The notes below the pieces were generated by a model that worked only from the letters and a program-made list of their open reading frames with translations, made no database searches and was not told the DNA's origin. Below, in pieces: positions 59,397-64,000 of a DNA stretch of 64,000 nt. Both the position numbers and the translations under genes were made by a program. The stretch is from the NCBI GenBank assembly GCA_964647835.1, contig CAZYJQ010000004.1, positions 2,212 to 66,211 on the forward strand, written 5' to 3'. Numbering within the stretch: the first letter of the stretch is position 1; each line of letters begins with the position of its first letter. The stretch is from an uncultured Desulfovibrio sp. (GTDB lineage: Bacteria > Desulfobacterota > Desulfovibrionia > Desulfovibrionales > Desulfovibrionaceae).

Positions 59397-60548
59397 TTAC
59401 CAGGCTTTTTTCAAGAGTTCTAAGATATCGCCTTCCGTTGGCTTGCGGGGGGTTGAAAGGGTGCTCAACTCCTGATGTACCGCGTCATGGGCAATGGTCT
59501 CAAAGAGGGACTCAGGCACTCCAAGCTCTTTTAAGCGGGGAATGCGTAAGTTTCTCGCAAGGCTTTCAAGACAAGCGCTCACATCATCACCAATGGTAAG
59601 GTGCGACTTTCCTTCGGGGCAAATGGAGAGAGCGCGAGCGATATTTTTCATCTTTTCACGCCCGATGGCAGGCACGTTATATTCCATGCCATAAGGCAGG
59701 CCAACGGCGTTGGCAACGCCATGGGGCACATTGCAGTGCGCGCTCATGGGGTGAGCCATGGAGTGCACAACACCGAGGTTCGCCATGGAAAAGGCATAGC
59801 CCACAAGGCAGCTGCCTAAAAGCACGTTGGCGCGCGCTTCCATATTACTGCCGTCATTATAGGAAGTGAAAAGCGAATTATAGACAAGCTTGGTCGCTTC
59901 AAGGGCAATACCGTCGCTCAGCGGTGTCGCCCACAAGGACACATAAGACTCAAGGCCATGTGTTAAAGCGTCCATACCCGTGGCGGCCGTGATGGCGGGA
60001 GGAAGCCCCGCCACAAGCTCAGGGTCCACAACAGCAAGATGGGGGGCCACATTTTTCCCGAAGATAACCATTTTGCGGACGTTTTCCGTATCAGTCACCA
60101 CGGAAACAACGGTTACCTCACTTCCTGTACCCGCCGTGGTAGGAATGGCGACCAGGAATTTACCGGGTTTCTCTACCTGATCAATGCCATTATAGCGATG
60201 GATAGGGCCGGGGTTGGTTAAAAGAATATTGACCGCTTTGGCTGTGTCCATGGAGCTTCCTCCTCCAAGGGCCACAATGGCGTCGGCTTTAAAGCTACGC
60301 GCTTTTTGCGCGGCTTCTTCCACCTGATAGTCTGGCGGATTTGGCAGAACACCATCATATTCTTCTACAGCAAGACGTTTTTTCTTCAGGCTTTCCAGGA
60401 TGTCCTCGGTCAATCCAGCGGCTTTCACGCCTTTGTCATAAATAAGAAAAACGCGCTTGCACCCACGCTCTCGCAAAAGAGCGCCAATCTCACGACTTTT
60501 TCCATTGCCAAAATGGACAGATGTTGGCAGAGAGAACATAAGGTTCAT
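59397..60548 (-). CDS. Iron-containing alcohol dehydrogenase
   Basis: GGGSSMD, IPTTAGTGSE, DALTHGLE, HSMAH, HGVAN. Confidence 0.95.
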   Translation of the reverse strand: MNLMFSLPTSVHFGNGKSREIGALLRERGCKRVFLIYDKGVKAAGLTEDILESLKKKRLAVEEYDGVLPNPPDYQVEEAAQKARSFKADAIVALGGGSSMDTAKAVNILLTNPGPIHRYNGIDQVEKPGKFLVAIPTTAGTGSEVTVVSVVTDTENVRKMVIFGKNVAPHLAVVDPELVAGLPPAITAATGMDALTHGLESYVSLWATPLSDGIALEATKLVYNSLFTSYNDGSNMEARANVLLGSCLVGYAFSMANLGVVHSMAHPMSAHCNVPHGVANAVGLPYGMEYNVPAIGREKMKNIARALSICPEGKSHLTIGDDVSACLESLARNLRIPRLKELGVPESLFETIAHDAVHQELSTLSTPRKPTEGDILELLKKAW

Positions 60549-60590
60549 AAAGGGCCTCCCTCAAAGGTAAAAAGTTAGAAAAACAGTATA

Positions 60591-62300
60591 TTATAGAGGA
60601 GAACAGTGTTTTTCCATTTCTTCTTTGGGAACGTCAAAAACTGAATTATGAGGAGCCAGGGGTTCAGTCCGCACGAAAGCCGGCACATCGTCATCAGCCG
60701 GGGTGAAACCCGCCAAACGGTTATACGAGCGCTCTCTTTCAAGGGTCGCAAGACCAAGACCAAAAACGGACTCTCCCGTCCAGGTCTCGCCAAAGGTCGC
60801 TTCAAGTAACCGGGCCACAATGGCTGGGCCTTCGGGCGGAGTGATGGCCATGCCCGCGAACAGGCAAATGCCAAGGCAGTCAATCATGGCGCATCCCCCT
60901 TGGGCAACAGCAGAAAGAGCCGCCTGCCCGTCGGCGGAATGAGGATCAACGCTGGGATCGCCTAAGGTATTGCCACAGGTGTGGTCAGCCCCCATGGGCG
61001 AAGTGGCGTAGGTTACCCCTGTACCCTTCAAACCTCTGGGGTCGTAAGCCGCCATGGCCTGACTTTTAACCGTGGGAATGCGCTTGGCGTTTTTAAGGGC
61101 GCCATAACGGGCGGTTCCCTGCCCAAGCTCTTTCCCAAGGGGCGTTCCTTTTTTCATTTCGTCAAACAGTTTGAGAGCACCGTCATTATCGCCAAAGGCA
61201 AGCAAGCCTGTTTCCATGGCAACGGCAATGGTCGCTCCCGTCTCAATGGTGTCGATACCAATCTCGTCACAGGCGCGGTCAATGGTAGCTATATAGTCAA
61301 AGTCGCTAATACCCGTGTTGGAGCCATTAAGGACTATAGTCTCATATTCCAAACCCGAAGTCAGGTACTCACCGTTTTTATCGTTATACACATTGGAACA
61401 GCGGATAAGACAGCCGGGCTGGCAAGCGTGGGTCATTTTTCCTGAGCGCTCTTTTTGTAAGCCCTCCATGGTTTCCACACGGATGCCGTCAACCTTATCG
61501 AAATTACCCGTTGAAAAATTGCGTGTGGGCAAGGCACCAAGTTCTTGAATAACACCCACTAAAAAGGCCGTTCCAAAATTGGGGAAAACTTCGCTGGTCA
61601 TGGGGTTACCTTGGAGCAAACCAACATAATCCGCCATGGCTTTTTTAAATTCTTCTGGGTTATGAGGTTCGACGCGTTCTTTGCCTTCTTTACTTATGAC
61701 AATAGCCTTCAGCCCTTTGCTAGCAAAAACTAGCCCCATACCGCCTCGACCAGCGGCGCGCGCCGGATTATCGTCCATGTCAGTCACCATAATGGAGGCT
61801 GTGCGATAGCCATGCTCGGCGCCCGGGCCAACGCATAAAACAGCATTTTTGGAACCGTATTTGTCAAGAAGAGCCTTGACCGTATCATAGGTGGTGAGGC
61901 CTTGCAGGGTGCTGGCGTCGTCAAGACGGGCGTTCCCCGAAGCATCGAGGACAAGAATTTTTGAGGCGGGTTTGGTAGCTCCGGTGATAGTCAAGGCTTT
62001 AATGCCCAGACGGCTTAAAGCGAACCCAGCCGTACCACCTACGTTTGATTCTTTGATAGTTCCCGTTAGCGGGCTTTTGGCCCCTATGGAAAGACGGCCA
62101 GATGTAGAAACGCCTGTTCCACCTAATAGTCCTGTCCCTAAAACAAGCATATTTTCAGGGCCCAAGGGGTCTAGGGCGGGGTTCGTTTCGGTTGTGAGGA
62201 GGTGGGAAATAAGACCTCGCCCACCGAGTTGATTAGCCTGAGTAAAAGGGTTTTTGGTGATGCTTCCATCATTCATATTGACTGATAAGCGCGATACCAT
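60591..62300 (-). CDS. aor: Aldehyde:ferredoxin oxidoreductase (tungstopterin family)
   Basis: AKSPLTG, AGRGGMG..SKGLKAI, CQPGCLIRC, EYET, DTIETG, DPRG, DCLGIC. Confidence 0.95.
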   Translation of the reverse strand: MVSRLSVNMNDGSITKNPFTQANQLGGRGLISHLLTTETNPALDPLGPENMLVLGTGLLGGTGVSTSGRLSIGAKSPLTGTIKESNVGGTAGFALSRLGIKALTITGATKPASKILVLDASGNARLDDASTLQGLTTYDTVKALLDKYGSKNAVLCVGPGAEHGYRTASIMVTDMDDNPARAAGRGGMGLVFASKGLKAIVISKEGKERVEPHNPEEFKKAMADYVGLLQGNPMTSEVFPNFGTAFLVGVIQELGALPTRNFSTGNFDKVDGIRVETMEGLQKERSGKMTHACQPGCLIRCSNVYNDKNGEYLTSGLEYETIVLNGSNTGISDFDYIATIDRACDEIGIDTIETGATIAVAMETGLLAFGDNDGALKLFDEMKKGTPLGKELGQGTARYGALKNAKRIPTVKSQAMAAYDPRGLKGTGVTYATSPMGADHTCGNTLGDPSVDPHSADGQAALSAVAQGGCAMIDCLGICLFAGMAITPPEGPAIVARLLEATFGETWTGESVFGLGLATLERERSYNRLAGFTPADDDVPAFVRTEPLAPHNSVFDVPKEEMEKHCSPL

Positions 62301-62327
62301 GGTAACCTTACCTCCGGATACAAGTTA

Positions 62328-62356
62328 AGTGTAGATGTTTTTCCTCTGCAATTCAA
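62328..62356 (-). promoter_or_regulatory. Sigma70-type promoter candidate for aor-adh
   Basis: Minus strand TTGAAT-17 nt-TACACT. Confidence 0.55.
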
Positions 62357-62364
62357 TGATTCAG

Positions 62365-62393
62365 TGCAATAGATTGCAAAACAATTTTTGCGA
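62365..62393. promoter_or_regulatory. Overlapping palindromic operator candidates upstream of aor
   Basis: TGCAAT-ag-ATTGCA (62365-62378) and TTGCAAAA-caat-TTTTGCGA (62374-62393). Confidence 0.45.
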
Positions 62394-62478
62394 GAGCTGA
62401 ATCCAAAACTTTCTATGCCATAGCCCTGCCCAAGAAAGACGTGAGGCAAAAAATAGCTGTCGCTGTGGAGACTGTTTG

Positions 62479-62546
62479 CCATAAAGCCTTTCCTCCCATA
62501 AAGCCTTTGCTCAATAAATGCCTCTGTTCGGTAAATGACTCTGTTT
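62479..62546. repeat. Degenerate 17-nt array x4
   Basis: ccataaagcctttcctc/ccataaagcctttgctc/aataaatgcctctgttc/ggtaaatgactctgttt. Confidence 0.7.
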
Positions 62547-63093
62547 ATGAACGGCTTTATTCAACTGTTGCCCCTGCTTAAGAAAGGACGCTCGCGAGGG
62601 AAGCCGAGGAGACTCTCAAAGAAGACTCAGAAGAAACAGCACCTTCCGCAAGAACTTCTCATTATGCTTCAAAGGGAAGACGGGTAAAAACCAAGTAACT
62701 CTCCCTTTCACCTAAGCAAAGCGCCTTTTTGTGGCAGGCCAAAACAGCAAGAAAAGCATAAAATCTATGGAAAATGTTACCCTCGCTCATTCTATGGAAA
62801 AGACCATGCAAAGGCGGTAACAAGAAAAACAAACCGAAGTGAAGGTAAAAACCTTTATATGAAATTATTCCCTTATGGAAATAACTATTCTAGGAATGAA
62901 AGTTCCTATAGATTTACAAACTCTATAGAACTCATACTTCCACTAATAGGATATTATGAGCGAGTGTTCAAGGAAAAAACACGGTTTTTTTTGCGACTGA
63001 GAAAAATTTCCATGGGCAAGGGGTTAAAAGTGGTGTTCCCTCTTTACGCTTCTGCCAGCGTATGACGAGTTTCAAAAGTGGCTCAGCTTTTCC

Positions 63094-63141
63094 AATAGAC
63101 AAGGGCGGTGCTTGTTTTGACCAGCACCGCCCTTGTCTATT
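63094..63141. terminator. Perfect 19-bp inverted repeat downstream of pfpI
   Basis: AATAGACAAGGGCGGTGCT-10 nt-AGCACCGCCCTTGTCTATT. Confidence 0.65.
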
Positions 63142-63173
63142 AATGAGGACAATAAGATTCGCGAGTTAGAAGG

Positions 63174-63761
63174 CTAAAGGGTTATCTTGGCTCCCAGAAC
63201 GTCCAGAAAATCGCGCAACCAAGCGGGGTGGGCAGGCCAAGCGGGAGCGGTGACAAGGTTCCCGTCGCGACAAGAGTTGGTGGCAGTGGGGTTGATAGGG
63301 CTCCATTTGCCTCCAGCGGCCTCGACTTCAGGCTGTACGGCAGCGTAAGAAGTGCAAGTGCGCCCTTTGAGCACGTTGGCGGCTGTTAAAATTTGAGGGC
63401 CGTGGCAAACAGCGGCAATGGGCTTTTGCGCGGCGTCAAATTCACGCACAATCTCAAGTACACGGGCATTGAGGCGCAAGTATTCAGGGGCGCGGCCTCC
63501 GGGAATGACAAGCCCGACATAATCAGCGGTTTTTACAGCGTCGAAATCATAGTTGAGCATAAAATTATGACCGGGCTTTTCGCTGTAGGTTTGATCGCCT
63601 TCAAAGTCGTGGATAGCGGTTTTTACCGTATCTCCGGCTTTTTTACCGGGGCAGACAGCGTGAACTTCATACCCGACCGTAAGCAGGGTTTGAAAAGGTA
63701 CCATAATTTCATAGTCTTCAACGAAATCTCCGGCGAGCAAAAGAATTTTTTTAGCGGACAT
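63174..63761 (-). CDS. DJ-1/PfpI family protein (glyoxalase III/deglycase-like)
   Basis: [19 protein letters not shown], nucleophile [16 protein letters not shown]. Confidence 0.93.
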   Translation of the reverse strand: MSAKKILLLAGDFVEDYEIMVPFQTLLTVGYEVHAVCPGKKAGDTVKTAIHDFEGDQTYSEKPGHNFMLNYDFDAVKTADYVGLVIPGGRAPEYLRLNARVLEIVREFDAAQKPIAAVCHGPQILTAANVLKGRTCTSYAAVQPEVEAAGGKWSPINPTATNSCRDGNLVTAPAWPAHPAWLRDFLDVLGAKITL

Positions 63762-64000
63762 AAAAAGGCTCCTTGTATTTTAATGATAGAAAAGGCGGAC
63801 TGGCAAAAAAGAGTTGCCCGTCCAAGCCTATGATGACTTATATATAATGACTGGCCTACTGTTTGGCAATAAGCAAGTAAGCAATTTCCCCCATGCCAGA
63901 ATAGTTCTGGTGGCTCTCCTCGCTTTCTATATCCCACAGCCCAAGCTTCATAGAGTTTTCCGCCCCTCACGCCCACAGCCCCCACACGATTCGAAGTAAA

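Noticed and set aside
62402-62420. Sigma54 promoter for aor (TGGCA on the minus strand)
   Set aside because: No GC at the -12 position (TT instead)
62898-62933. Resemblance to an FRT site (AAGTTCCTATA)
   Set aside because: Spacer length and right arm do not match FRT; no recombinase present
62859-63065. 68-aa AT-rich ORF
   Set aside because: No recognisable motif and no clear RBS; unsupported
1-64000. CRISPR array, tRNA/rRNA, transposase/integrase, prophage or defence genes
   Set aside because: No repeat-spacer alternation, no cloverleaf/T-loop or rRNA signature, and no matching ORF motifs seen by eye

Overview
Mostly core chromosome of a Desulfovibrionaceae-like (Desulfobacterota) bacterium; the lineage is inferred from gene content and order, not from a database search. 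Left to right: small conserved ORF, cytochrome c553, a two-gene AmmeMemoRadiSam module, an orphan FAH-family hydratase, a SAM methyltransferase, proA/proB, a stand-alone receiver plus a PEP-synthase-like protein, clpP-clpX-lon, radA-zinc ribbon-hpt-GNAT-TlpA-metH, rpoH-TPR-lipoprotein-rpiB-cysS-M48 protease-ABC transporter-darP, the envelope operon lysS-lolC-lolD-bamA-amidase-skp-lpxD-fabZ-lpxA-lpxI, merR-rpe-tkt-sensor kinase-sigma54 regulator, an amphi-Trp protein with a histone-H1-like tail, DsrE, an SNase-like protein, DUF2179, adh-aor and pfpI. I found no rRNA, tRNA, CRISPR array, transposase, integrase, prophage or defence system. Best leads for undescribed biology: (1) a kinase-less receiver gene directly upstream of an ATP-grasp/phospho-His swivel protein that lacks the pyruvate domain, itself coupled to an enterobacterial-type proB; (2) a probable LolB-like lipoprotein outside the beta/gamma-proteobacteria; (3) the amphi-Trp/amphipathic/H1-tail protein; (4) short degenerate tandem arrays (9-17 nt units) in many long spacers and inside several proteins. 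These calls rest on motif reading and recall and need the checks listed.
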